Source: an uncultured bacterium (GTDB lineage: Bacteria > Bacteroidota > Rhodothermia > Rhodothermales > UBA10348). Taken from it: DNA of 64,000 bases. The translations under genes were made by a program, and so were the position numbers. Shown here piece by piece: positions 1-8,286 of this stretch (positions are counted from its first letter, which is position 1; each line of letters opens with the position of its first letter). The stretch lies in assembly GCA_943788505.1 (NCBI GenBank), contig CALSQR010000002.1, positions 1,244,161-1,308,160 of the forward strand. The letters are read 5' to 3'. The notes below the pieces were generated by a model. The model was not told the origin of the DNA and searched no databases. It saw nothing but the letters and a program-made list of their open reading frames with translations.

Positions 1-306
1 GTCTGGATTTTCCATACGCCAGCGCAGAAGAACCTGAGGGTTGGTGGGGTCGGAAATGTCGATGATGTCCGTTCCGCGTTCGGAGTTTGGACCGACCGTT
101 CCGCGGGAAACGTAGGCATATGGGCGGCTTAGCTCTTGCTCGATCTCGAGGTCCATGGTATTCAGGATTCCACCGAGTGGAATGTGACCTTCGACCGTGA
201 TGTTATCGGATCCCGGCTTCAGGGTGGTCCAGGGAGTGTCATCCTGCGCCATAGCCGCCGGCGCCATTAAAAGAATGGCTGCGAACAATGGAAAAAGCTT
301 TTTCAT
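1..306 (-). CDS. LVIVD-type beta-propeller protein, secreted (paralogue 4 of the array; only the 5' part is in the window)
   Basis: Absent from the ORF track because it has no stop in the window. The reverse-strand ATG at 306..304 gives MKKLFPLFAAILLMAPAAMAQDD (signal peptide), then GHIPLG, DLEIEQE, RPYAYV and DIIDISDP. These motifs are colinear with the N-termini of the three complete paralogues to the right. Confidence 0.7.
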   Translation of the reverse strand, partial: MKKLFPLFAAILLMAPAAMAQDDTPWTTLKPGSDNITVEGHIPLGGILNTMDLEIEQELSRPYAYVSRGTVGPNSERGTDIIDISDPTNPQVLLRWRMENPD

Positions 307-392
307 GGAGTGCAGTGTTAGTAATGAAATGATGTGCTAGTGGGTAGGGCCGCCCGTACCGATTTGACCTTCCGTGCCGGCCAGCCCAGGTT

Positions 393-1712
393 TTATCGTG
401 TGCCCTCTTTGGACTCTTCGTCCCATTTCTGGACGGAGGAAATATCAGGTTGACCCCAGTCTTCTCCGTTCCAGCCGTTGAAGCCATCCATGCGGAAGGT
501 CCAAAAACCCGTAGACATGTCAGAAACGACGATGAGTCCATCTTCATTCCGGACGTCTACGCCAAATGCACCATTGATGACAGGATTGAATCCTTCCTGG
601 TTGTTGCCAATGTAGGTGTCGTAATACCCAACCGTTTGAGGGTTTTTGGGGTCCATGAGGCTGAAGACCTGAAGGCCATCGAGGTAGCCGCTGACAAATA
701 CGTACGGCCAGCGGACTTCGTGATTGTGGCTCAGGTTTTCCCAGTTAGCGGTCCAGGCCGAAATAGGCTGGTTTATGTTAAGCTGATCGCCATCAAGTGC
801 CGGCTTTAGGTCAAAAATCCGCAGCGGTGCATACTGATACTCGGCTTCCGCGACCACATATCGTCCGTCAGGGGAGGGAGTAAAGGTGTGTCCCCACGTG
901 ACTCCCGAGATGTTCTGAAGCGTTACGCGGATTTCCGGATTGTGGATATCCGTAATATTCCACACGTAGTACCCACCGGATCCTCCCCCGTAAAAACGAT
1001 CTTCTCCCGAGTCGGGGTGAAATGCCACGTAATGGTCGTGATACGAGCGTCGTACGCTTTCAGGCTCATACGTGGGAATCGTTGCCACGTACGAATTTTC
1101 TATGTCTCCAGCCGCAGCCATGTTCAAGTCAAACACCTGAACCATGTCTCCGCGGACCGTAGCAAGCAAATAAATATTGCCATCGGAATGCTTGTAGATA
1201 AAGATATTATGCATTCCGCCCGGATTGTCAGGAAGAATCCAACGCCCTACTTCAGTTGGCTCATTGGGGAGATCGGTCACGTCAAACAGGACGGCACCCA
1301 ATTCATAGTGCGGGCCAGCGCTGAATTCGAATGACTGGACCACGTAATAGCGTCCACCGGTCTTGAAATACTTCACGTCCATGCCACCTCGGTTGGGTAG
1401 CAAGTCCTGATATTCGAGACGGAATTCATAGATGACTTCCGGTTTTGCCGGATTGGACAGATCAATTACATCCATGCCTTTCGGTCCGCCATCGACAATG
1501 GAGGCCCGACCGACATACGCATATGGGCGGTCCATGTCCTGCTCCAATTCGATGTCAGTCACACTGGAGTGCTTGCCGAGCGGAATATGCCCGACCACTT
1601 TCATATTGTCCGAGCCCCGGTCAATGGGGGTGGCCTGCCCAAATGCAGTCGAAGTAAGCATGCCGGCAAGTGCCAGTGATGCGAGGAAACGGATGGGTTT
1701 CATGAGTGTCAT
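393..1712 (-). CDS. LVIVD-repeat beta-propeller protein, secreted (paralogue 3)
   Basis: 439 aa with signal peptide MKPIRFLASLALAGMLTSTAFGQ. It carries repeated blade motifs of the type GMDVIDLSNP, VLFDVTDLP and LQVFSLMDP, plus a C-terminal GLIVVSDMSTGFWTFRM (LVIVD-like). It is closely similar to 1712..3121. An alternative ATG lies at 1703. Confidence 0.8.
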   Translation of the reverse strand: MTLMKPIRFLASLALAGMLTSTAFGQATPIDRGSDNMKVVGHIPLGKHSSVTDIELEQDMDRPYAYVGRASIVDGGPKGMDVIDLSNPAKPEVIYEFRLEYQDLLPNRGGMDVKYFKTGGRYYVVQSFEFSAGPHYELGAVLFDVTDLPNEPTEVGRWILPDNPGGMHNIFIYKHSDGNIYLLATVRGDMVQVFDLNMAAAGDIENSYVATIPTYEPESVRRSYHDHYVAFHPDSGEDRFYGGGSGGYYVWNITDIHNPEIRVTLQNISGVTWGHTFTPSPDGRYVVAEAEYQYAPLRIFDLKPALDGDQLNINQPISAWTANWENLSHNHEVRWPYVFVSGYLDGLQVFSLMDPKNPQTVGYYDTYIGNNQEGFNPVINGAFGVDVRNEDGLIVVSDMSTGFWTFRMDGFNGWNGEDWGQPDISSVQKWDEESKEGTR

Positions 1713-3121
1713 TATTGGTTGTCAGGGATAGAATTCCAGTCTTGGGCACTGGAAACGTTGGGCATGCCCCAGTCTTCGCCATTCCAACGGCCGAAGCCGT
1801 CCATTTTAAAGGCCCAGAAGCCGGTGGTCATGTCACTGACGACGATGAGGCCATCCGCATTGCGGACGTCCACTCCCCACGCGCCGTCATAGACTTGCCA
1901 AGTGTATGGACTGCCGAGTCGCTCCATGGCGGCTCCACGGTCATTATGAATACCGTTGAATGTGTCGTAGTAGGCGACTGTATATGGGTTTTCTGGGTCT
2001 ACCATATTGAAAACACCCAGTCCGGTCTGATATCCTGATACGAACACGTACGGCCAGCGCACCTCGTGGTTGTGCGCAATACTTTTCCAGTCGGCATGCC
2101 AGGCACCGACGGCATGGTCAATATTCTTGTCGGGTAGCTCGCCATTGAGCGCTGGGCGTAAATCAAAAATGCGCAGCGGCTGGTATTGGAATTCCGTTTC
2201 GCCGATAGCAAAATTACCGTCGGGCGTGGGAGTAAAGGTGTGACCCCATGCCACGCCGGGAACGCCAACCATAGTGGCAAGCAATTCGGGGTTGCCTAGA
2301 TCCGTGACATTGTACACGTAGTAGCCGCTGCCGCCGCCGCCATAGAATCGGTCCTGTCCTGTTTCGGGATGGTACTGAACCATAAAGTCGTGATAGCCCC
2401 GGGACCACATCGCGTCAGATTCGTGGACTGGGATGCGGGCGATGAGCTCGCGGTTGTCATCTCTCAGAACAGGATCCATCTCGGTCTGGTCGCCATCGAC
2501 GAACTGCCCCATGTCGAAGACTTTTGCATAGCCGGCAGACGTGGCAAACAGCAAGGGACTCCCCGAGCTGTGGTTGTACATAAATATGTTGTGGAAGCCG
2601 CCGGGTGAATCACCTTGGCGAACGCGCCCCACTTCAGTCATCTGCTCTGGAAGGTCCGTGACGTCGAACACGATCGCACCAACGTCAGAATTGGGCCCAG
2701 ATTGGCGTAGCTGCATAGACTGTACGTAATACGTCCTGTCGTTGTGCTTAAAATAGCGCCCGTCCATGGCACCTCCTGTGTGGAGGTCCTGGTTTTCAAT
2801 GCGCCAGCGCCGAATCACTTTCGCGTTGTCAGGGTCCGACAGGTCAATCACATCGAATCCGATTTCCCCATTCCGACGCGCCACGTAGGCATAGGGTCGA
2901 GATGGATCCTGTTCGATTTCGACGTCAGACACGCTGCCAGGAGCGCCGAGTGGAATATGGGAGAGGACCTGAATATTGGCAGAGCCCCGCATACCGGGTG
3001 GCGGCGGGTGGTCGGGTTGCTGGATACCCTGTTGCGCCGATGCGGTCACGGACACTAACGCCGCGAACGCCAGTGCGGTAAGGCCTGAAAGAATGCGATT
3101 GAATCTCATTGGGCTCACCAT
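1712..3121 (-). CDS. LVIVD-repeat beta-propeller protein, secreted (paralogue 2)
   Basis: 469 aa with signal peptide MRFNRILSGLTALAFAALVSVTASAQ. It has the same motif order as 393..1712 (HNIFMY, GYHD, WGHTFTP, AHNHEVRWPYVFVSGY, GLIVVSDMTTGFWAFKM). Its stop overlaps the next ATG by 1 nt. An alternative ATG lies at 3109. Confidence 0.8.
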   Translation of the reverse strand: MVSPMRFNRILSGLTALAFAALVSVTASAQQGIQQPDHPPPPGMRGSANIQVLSHIPLGAPGSVSDVEIEQDPSRPYAYVARRNGEIGFDVIDLSDPDNAKVIRRWRIENQDLHTGGAMDGRYFKHNDRTYYVQSMQLRQSGPNSDVGAIVFDVTDLPEQMTEVGRVRQGDSPGGFHNIFMYNHSSGSPLLFATSAGYAKVFDMGQFVDGDQTEMDPVLRDDNRELIARIPVHESDAMWSRGYHDFMVQYHPETGQDRFYGGGGSGYYVYNVTDLGNPELLATMVGVPGVAWGHTFTPTPDGNFAIGETEFQYQPLRIFDLRPALNGELPDKNIDHAVGAWHADWKSIAHNHEVRWPYVFVSGYQTGLGVFNMVDPENPYTVAYYDTFNGIHNDRGAAMERLGSPYTWQVYDGAWGVDVRNADGLIVVSDMTTGFWAFKMDGFGRWNGEDWGMPNVSSAQDWNSIPDNQ

Positions 3122-4413
3122 GTCATTGAACGGGTTGGTCCATTTTCCCAGTCCTGTACGGAGCCCACGTTGGCAAAGCCCCAGCCACGGCCATCCCAGC
3201 CTTCGAATGCTTCCATTCGGAAGAGCCAGAGGCCCGTGTTGACGTCGGAGACGGCAATCAATCCATCATAATTGCGGACATCCACATCCCACGCGCCATT
3301 TCGGTCCGTCGCTTCATTGGAAAGGGACGCCTTTGGGCCATCCCACGTATGATAATACCCGACCGTGTAGGGGTCGAAAGGATTCATCATGTTGAATACC
3401 TGCAAACCATCATCCATGGATGCCACGAAAACGAACGGCCATCGCAATTCATGATTGGCAGCATAATTCCGCCAGTCCGCCGTCCACGCGCTAGCAGCCA
3501 CTCGGACCCTAGGAACGGTGCCGTCGAAGACCGGTCGAAGATCGAAAATTCGCATCGGTGCGGTACGGTAGCCTGCAGCCGTAACGAGATGCGTCCCATC
3601 GGGTGTGGGAGAGGCGCCATGACCAATCTGAACGGCTGCCGAGCTAACAGAGGCCAACGGAGAGGGGTTCATGGGATCAGTGATATCGAACACCCAATAA
3701 CCGCCAGCACCTGCCGTATAAAGTCGGTCGGTTTCAGTCTCGGCATCCCATTGGGCCATCGTGCTGTGATACCCGTAGTCCACATTCGGCACTTCTTCGG
3801 GAAGATCGTAAGAGGCTACAGGTGTGCTGTTGCCGTCGAGGAAGCGTCCAACGTCATATACATCGATAGGACCACCACCGGTAGCCATCAAATACGAACG
3901 TCCGTTCGAATGGCGATAGGCAAAAACGTCGTGATATCCATCCTCTGCCTCAGCAGAACCACTTGGATCAAACTGACCTTCATCGGGATCCGTTACCTCC
4001 AGCACTGAAAGACCGGAGGAGTGCGTCACACCCAAATACGTCCGAGTGCCATGGCGGAAAAGGGCAAGGTCGTTCACCGTGGTGGCATCGGTCGCCCATT
4101 CGCCTACCTGAATCGGATGGCTAGGATCATTAATGTTGATTGCTACGACGCTGGAGCCCTCGTTTTGATTACGGGCTACAAATACGAACGGCCGTCCTTG
4201 GTCTTGATCTATGACCAAATGCCCTGTGCCTCGTCCAAGAGATTCAAAGCCACCCGAGGGAGACGTTGACGCCCCCATTCCTCCCAGTGCAAGATGTCCG
4301 CTGAGCTCAATATTGCGACTGCCGCGTGAGCCATCATCTTGTCGGGCCTCAGAAGGGGAGGACAATAACAAGAGTAGTGCCACACCGACGACAAATGCCG
4401 GGTGATTTTTCAT
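3115..4413 (-). CDS. LVIVD-repeat beta-propeller protein, secreted (paralogue 1, the most diverged)
   Basis: 432 aa with signal peptide MKNHPAFVVGVALLLLLSSPSEA. It keeps the family motifs in order (YHDVFAYRHS, GYHS, IGHGASPTPDG, ANHELRWPFVFV, GLIAVSDVNTGLWLFRM). It overlaps the next gene by 7 nt. Confidence 0.75.
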   Translation of the reverse strand: MKNHPAFVVGVALLLLLSSPSEARQDDGSRGSRNIELSGHLALGGMGASTSPSGGFESLGRGTGHLVIDQDQGRPFVFVARNQNEGSSVVAININDPSHPIQVGEWATDATTVNDLALFRHGTRTYLGVTHSSGLSVLEVTDPDEGQFDPSGSAEAEDGYHDVFAYRHSNGRSYLMATGGGPIDVYDVGRFLDGNSTPVASYDLPEEVPNVDYGYHSTMAQWDAETETDRLYTAGAGGYWVFDITDPMNPSPLASVSSAAVQIGHGASPTPDGTHLVTAAGYRTAPMRIFDLRPVFDGTVPRVRVAASAWTADWRNYAANHELRWPFVFVASMDDGLQVFNMMNPFDPYTVGYYHTWDGPKASLSNEATDRNGAWDVDVRNYDGLIAVSDVNTGLWLFRMEAFEGWDGRGWGFANVGSVQDWENGPTRSMTW

Positions 4414-4433
4414 GACGGGATCGAAGAGGTCTG

Positions 4434-4475
4434 GGTGGGATCTAGGTGGGATCCCGGTGGAATACGGGGTGGAAT
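4434..4475. repeat. Four phased direct repeats GGTGG(G/A)AT, a candidate regulatory element of the propeller array
   Basis: Read directly from the sequence: GGTGGGAT at 4434 and 4445, GGTGGAAT at 4456 and 4468, giving spacings of 11, 11 and 12 nt. The block lies 21-62 nt upstream of the ATG at 4413. Confidence 0.6.
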
Positions 4476-4507
4476 TCGCCGGTTAGAGCGAAATCGGGGA
4501 CTTTACT

Positions 4508-5506
4508 TTACGAATCCGGCTCTTGATTTGCAAAGATTCCGTGTGCCCCAGTAAGCGCAGTCAGTAACTGGTCGTATACCTCGATGAGAACCTGCCTCAA
4601 GGAAGCGGCCCTTTCATGGAATTCTCGCTGCTGAGTAACAAATTCAGCCCTTCCTGCCGGATCTTCGACTGGGACCGCATCGATGCCAAACCCAGAGACA
4701 TCATATGGACTCGACGCCATGTCCAGTTGCCGAATATCCATAGTCAACTCGAATGCGTCCATGATCAACTCGGATGGAACCCATGGCGTCCTTTTGAAGG
4801 CCCATCGATAGACATCCATGTTCGCATGAAGACATCCCGGTTGTTCCATTTGGGGCATGCTTTGTCCGTCCAAAACATGAGCATTCAACGGCGTAGCTGA
4901 CTCCGTAAAAAATCGGAAGGCATCATAATGAGTGCATCGAAGCCCAGCGTCATCAACCGTCTGAGCTAGTTTGTCCACCGAAACGCGCAGGGGAAGCTGT
5001 TCATGACGAGGCGCTTCACTTCGGTAGATCATTGCCCACTCGTGAAGTCCAAAGCATCCATAAACAGGCTTGCGCGCGGCGGTTAGCCTCAGCAGATTGT
5101 GAATCCAGCGGGTGGCAGTGATATACCGTTCTGCCCGTCGTCCCATCGTATCTGAGCCTGGCCACACGTAGACCCCATCGGGATGGGGTCGGACACCCAG
5201 AATACCGGGAAGATCGGCGGGTGATGCGCCTTCAAGTAGAATGCCCAATCCGGGGCTCCATCGACGCAGATGAGAGGGACGGAACGAATAGTATTCGAAA
5301 AGAAAATCGGCTACTGGATGTTTTTCGTGCCGTGATCGGCGTAGAAGGTGTGGCGCGATCAGTTGTTGATATCGCTCTTCGTGGCGCTCTTTCGTCTCGT
5401 ACCACTCGGCGCGACTGATCCTGCGCAGGAAGTCATCGCCAACGGGAATGTGCTCGGCCGCGGTCCGCGGAAGAAGGGTGTCTTGTGTTGGGCTAGAAAT
5501 CTGCAT
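4508..5506 (-). CDS. Conserved protein of the family commonly labelled 3-methyladenine DNA glycosylase (function unverified)
   Basis: Motifs HPVADFLFEYYSFRPSHLRRW, CFGLHEWAMIYR, THYDAFRFFT, EQPGCLHANMDVYRWAFK and LDMASSPYD match that family as I remember it. The ORF-track start at 5626 would overlap the divergent PPIase gene by 19 nt, so I prefer the ATG at 5506. The start is uncertain. Confidence 0.6.
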   Translation of the reverse strand: MQISSPTQDTLLPRTAAEHIPVGDDFLRRISRAEWYETKERHEERYQQLIAPHLLRRSRHEKHPVADFLFEYYSFRPSHLRRWSPGLGILLEGASPADLPGILGVRPHPDGVYVWPGSDTMGRRAERYITATRWIHNLLRLTAARKPVYGCFGLHEWAMIYRSEAPRHEQLPLRVSVDKLAQTVDDAGLRCTHYDAFRFFTESATPLNAHVLDGQSMPQMEQPGCLHANMDVYRWAFKRTPWVPSELIMDAFELTMDIRQLDMASSPYDVSGFGIDAVPVEDPAGRAEFVTQQREFHERAASLRQVLIEVYDQLLTALTGAHGIFANQEPDS

Positions 5507-5607
5507 GTCATCAAAATAGGATGCTACAGGGACCGATTCTGTAAAGCTGCGTTGGAAAGCGTATACGAATGTAGATTGGCCAGTCAAATGACTATTTTTC
5601 ACGCTAT

Positions 5608-6222
5608 ATGATCCAGCAACGTCCAACTCACTACTTCCACCTTCGTCTTTTAAAGGTGTTTGCAGCTGCTATCCTGATTTTCTCGATGGGCTGTTCCTCG
5701 AATCAATCGCTAGTTTCGGTATCGATGTATACCTCCGAAGGCCAAATTGATATCGTCGTGGATACTCTGGCCGCACCAATTACCACATCTAACTTTCTCC
5801 GGTATGTGGATGCCGGCATGTATGATGGTGGTTCATTTTTCAGGGTGGTCAGAATGGACAATCAGCCAAGTGACTCTATCCCAATTGAAGTCATTCAAGG
5901 TCGTGCCAACATGGCTTTCAATGAGCAGTTCTTTGACCCTATTCCGCTAGAAAGGACATCGGAAACTGGCATATACCATCGTGATGGGGCAATTTCTATG
6001 GCAAGGGGTGGACCGGATACGGCAACTCACTCCTTCTTTTTCACTATTGGTGAGCAGACATCGCTCGATTTTGGTGGACAACGAAATCCGGATGGGCAAG
6101 GGTTTGCTGCGTTCGGAAAAGTGACTGATGGAATGGACGTAATCCAGGTTATTCAGCAAGGTGAAACCGAGCAGCAAACGCTGTTGGTGCCAATTACTAT
6201 TGATAGTGTTCGAGTTAACTGA
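5608..6222 (+). CDS. Peptidyl-prolyl cis-trans isomerase, cyclophilin type, lipoprotein
   Basis: 204 aa with lipobox LIFSMGC. Cyclophilin-like stretches include APITTSNFLRYVDAGMYDGGSFFRVV, GAISMARGGPDTATHSFFFT and AAFGKVTDGMDVIQ. Confidence 0.85.
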   Translation: MIQQRPTHYFHLRLLKVFAAAILIFSMGCSSNQSLVSVSMYTSEGQIDIVVDTLAAPITTSNFLRYVDAGMYDGGSFFRVVRMDNQPSDSIPIEVIQGRANMAFNEQFFDPIPLERTSETGIYHRDGAISMARGGPDTATHSFFFTIGEQTSLDFGGQRNPDGQGFAAFGKVTDGMDVIQVIQQGETEQQTLLVPITIDSVRVN

Positions 6223-6233
6223 ATTCTACTGTT

Positions 6234-6401
6234 ATGCGTGAATGTCCTGCATGTGCTCTCGAATCTGATATCGAAGAGGTGGCCTGCCCATACTGTGGAT
6301 ACGAATTTCCGGAAAACCGTCAATCCCTTCCATGGTTTGCCTGGCTGTTTGCCCTACTCATGTTATGGCCGCTGTTTGAAATCCTGAAACGGATACTTTA
6401 A
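6234..6401 (+). CDS. Small zinc-ribbon membrane protein (55 aa)
   Basis: Below the ORF-track size cutoff. Translation is MRECPACALESDIEEVACPYCGYEFPENRQSLPWFAWLFALLMLWPLFEILKRIL. It has a CPxC...CPxC zinc ribbon followed by one hydrophobic helix and fills the gap between the PPIase gene and roxA. Confidence 0.5.
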   Translation: MRECPACALESDIEEVACPYCGYEFPENRQSLPWFAWLFALLMLWPLFEILKRIL

Positions 6402-6451
6402 CTCTGCTTCGTTTTTCCACTCTACCAGCCGCCCGTTTTGCGGGTCGGAAT

Positions 6452-7609
6452 ATGGATATGAACCTACCTGACTCATTTTTTGGCAACCTCACTCCAGACG
6501 AATTCCTTGCTGAGTACTGGCAGAAAAAACCGCTATTGGTTCGAGGCGCATGGCCTGAGTTTGAAACGCCGTTGTCCCCGGAAGCCTTTATGGCGCTCTC
6601 CGCGAGGGAAGACGCATTTAGCCGCCTCTTGGTTGAGAAGCCAGAAAAAAATGATTGGGAGATGCGGGAAGGTCCGTTTCAACGGGAAGAGTTCGATGCC
6701 ATGCCCGACTCCCATTGGACACTGCTTATCCAAGAAGCAGATCGGCTCGTTCCCAATGTTCGTAAAATGCTCAGCGCTGTTTCCTTTCTCCCTAAGTGGA
6801 GGTTGGATGACGTGATGATCAGCTATGCAGCTAATGGAGGAGGTGTAGGTGCTCACATCGATAATTACGATGTTTTCCTGCTTCAGGGATATGGGCAGCG
6901 CCGTTGGCAGATCAATACGACACCGGTAATCGAAGAAAACCTGATCGAAGACATTGATGTCTCAATACTGGCTGACTTTGTGCCTGATCGGGACTGGGTA
7001 CTTGAGCCTGGAGATATGTTGTATCTGCCACCTAGAATTGCTCACTTTGGTGTCGCTCTTGGTCCGTGCATGACGTATTCGATTGGATGCCGTGCGCCCT
7101 CTGAGCAGGAAATGCTAGCGGCTGTCATCGAGCATGCCATGATGACGCTCGATCCGGATGAGCGGTACGGAGATTCTGATTTGAAGGCTTCGGATGCTCC
7201 GGGCCGTCTTGGTCGAGACGCGGTCAAGTGGATTCAGGAGCGCGTCCGTGCATTGGTTGATGACGAGGAAGGACTAACGGAACTCGTCGGGGCCATTCTT
7301 TCACAGCCGAGACGGTGGGTAGACGAAGATGCATTACCCGAAGACTCGGTAATGGACGCTCTCTCCTCAGGTGGGATGCTTCGTCCGGCCTCGTCATCAC
7401 AGGTTTTATATGAGCCATCCGCAGATGGTGACCTAATTCTCTTTGCCGCTGGTGAATCGTATCGGTTGACGGCTGATCTCGAGTCGTCGGTTCGGCAGCT
7501 CGTTGAAGGGCCAGGACTTTCCCATTCAGACTTGAAGGCCGATCTTGAATGGGCTGAGTTGCTCGATGAGCTGTATGGGCAAGGCACGCTGGTAGTAGAC
7601 GCGGGGTGA
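6452..7609 (+). CDS. roxA: Cupin-4/JmjC ribosomal protein uL16 arginine hydroxylase (YcfD/RoxA family)
   Basis: 385 aa. FLAEYWQKKPLLVRG, WRLDDVMISYAANGGGVGAHIDNYDVFLLQGYGQRRWQI and LEPGDMLYLPPRIAHFG are colinear with E. coli YcfD. Confidence 0.8.
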   Translation: MDMNLPDSFFGNLTPDEFLAEYWQKKPLLVRGAWPEFETPLSPEAFMALSAREDAFSRLLVEKPEKNDWEMREGPFQREEFDAMPDSHWTLLIQEADRLVPNVRKMLSAVSFLPKWRLDDVMISYAANGGGVGAHIDNYDVFLLQGYGQRRWQINTTPVIEENLIEDIDVSILADFVPDRDWVLEPGDMLYLPPRIAHFGVALGPCMTYSIGCRAPSEQEMLAAVIEHAMMTLDPDERYGDSDLKASDAPGRLGRDAVKWIQERVRALVDDEEGLTELVGAILSQPRRWVDEDALPEDSVMDALSSGGMLRPASSSQVLYEPSADGDLILFAAGESYRLTADLESSVRQLVEGPGLSHSDLKADLEWAELLDELYGQGTLVVDAG

Positions 7610-7701
7610 TCCGGCTATTGCCGAATCACCCCGAGTAGTCCTCCTCGCAGCTTTTCAAGAGGTGCGGTGGCTGCGGAAATCGTCGCAGAAAAGAGCGACG
7701 C

Positions 7702-7732
7702 CACTAGGCCACTAATTCACTAGGCCACTAAT
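7702..7732. repeat. Tandem direct repeat, 2 x CACTAGGCCACTAAT separated by one T
   Basis: Copies at 7702..7716 and 7718..7732 are identical. CACTA occurs four times. The repeat lies between convergent gene ends (7609 and 7755) and follows a CGTCGC/GCGACG hairpin at about 7681..7700. Confidence 0.8.
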
Positions 7733-7754
7733 GCGCCAATGGGTCACGGCTGAA

Positions 7755-8144
7755 TCATTCGTCGAAAAAGACTCGGATTGCCACGACTCGTCCGCGCCGC
7801 GTAGAACCCGTTCCAAGCACTTCGCCAGCAATCTGGGCAGCTGCACTTGGCTCTTTTATTTCTTCGATGAGCAAGCCGTTAGCACCAAGCTCAGCGGCAC
7901 GCTCCCGGGACTTGCGCAACATTTTACTTTCCGTCGTTAGCTGGGCTTCACCCTGCGCGTGGATGATGGCAATTGGTTTCCAATCAGCAGGGATGTCGTC
8001 TTCGCTGAGGTAGATGACAACGTCTGCAGGATCGACGGGTGGGTACGTAGTGCCATCGAGAAGGGTTGCTTGGGTCTGCACACATCCGGCCAGGAGCAGC
8101 AGTGCAAGAAAAGGGAAGAGCAGGGACTTCATATCAGTAACCAA
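7755..8144 (-). CDS. Hypothetical lipoprotein
   Basis: 129 aa with a signal peptide and lipobox LLLLAGCVQ. I recognised no domain. Confidence 0.55.
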   Translation of the reverse strand: MVTDMKSLLFPFLALLLLAGCVQTQATLLDGTTYPPVDPADVVIYLSEDDIPADWKPIAIIHAQGEAQLTTESKMLRKSRERAAELGANGLLIEEIKEPSAAAQIAGEVLGTGSTRRGRVVAIRVFFDE

Positions 8145-8286
8145 TTAGAGATTTGATAGGACGCGGCCGGTGGATGGTGTTCATAGAGATAGCCGTGGTG
8201 ATGCCTATAGAGGTAACACATCTGGCGCACTACGGTGTTTCAATATGAGGTCTCCCTTTTCCAACGTTTGTTGGATCAGGTACCGA

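Noticed and set aside
450-4405. Many plus-strand ORFs (450..809, 888..1334, 1432..1731, 1706..2038, 2744..3058, 3349..4008, 4021..4269 and others)
   Set aside because: All lie antisense to the well-supported propeller paralogues. None has a recognisable motif. They are shadow ORFs of GC-rich third positions.
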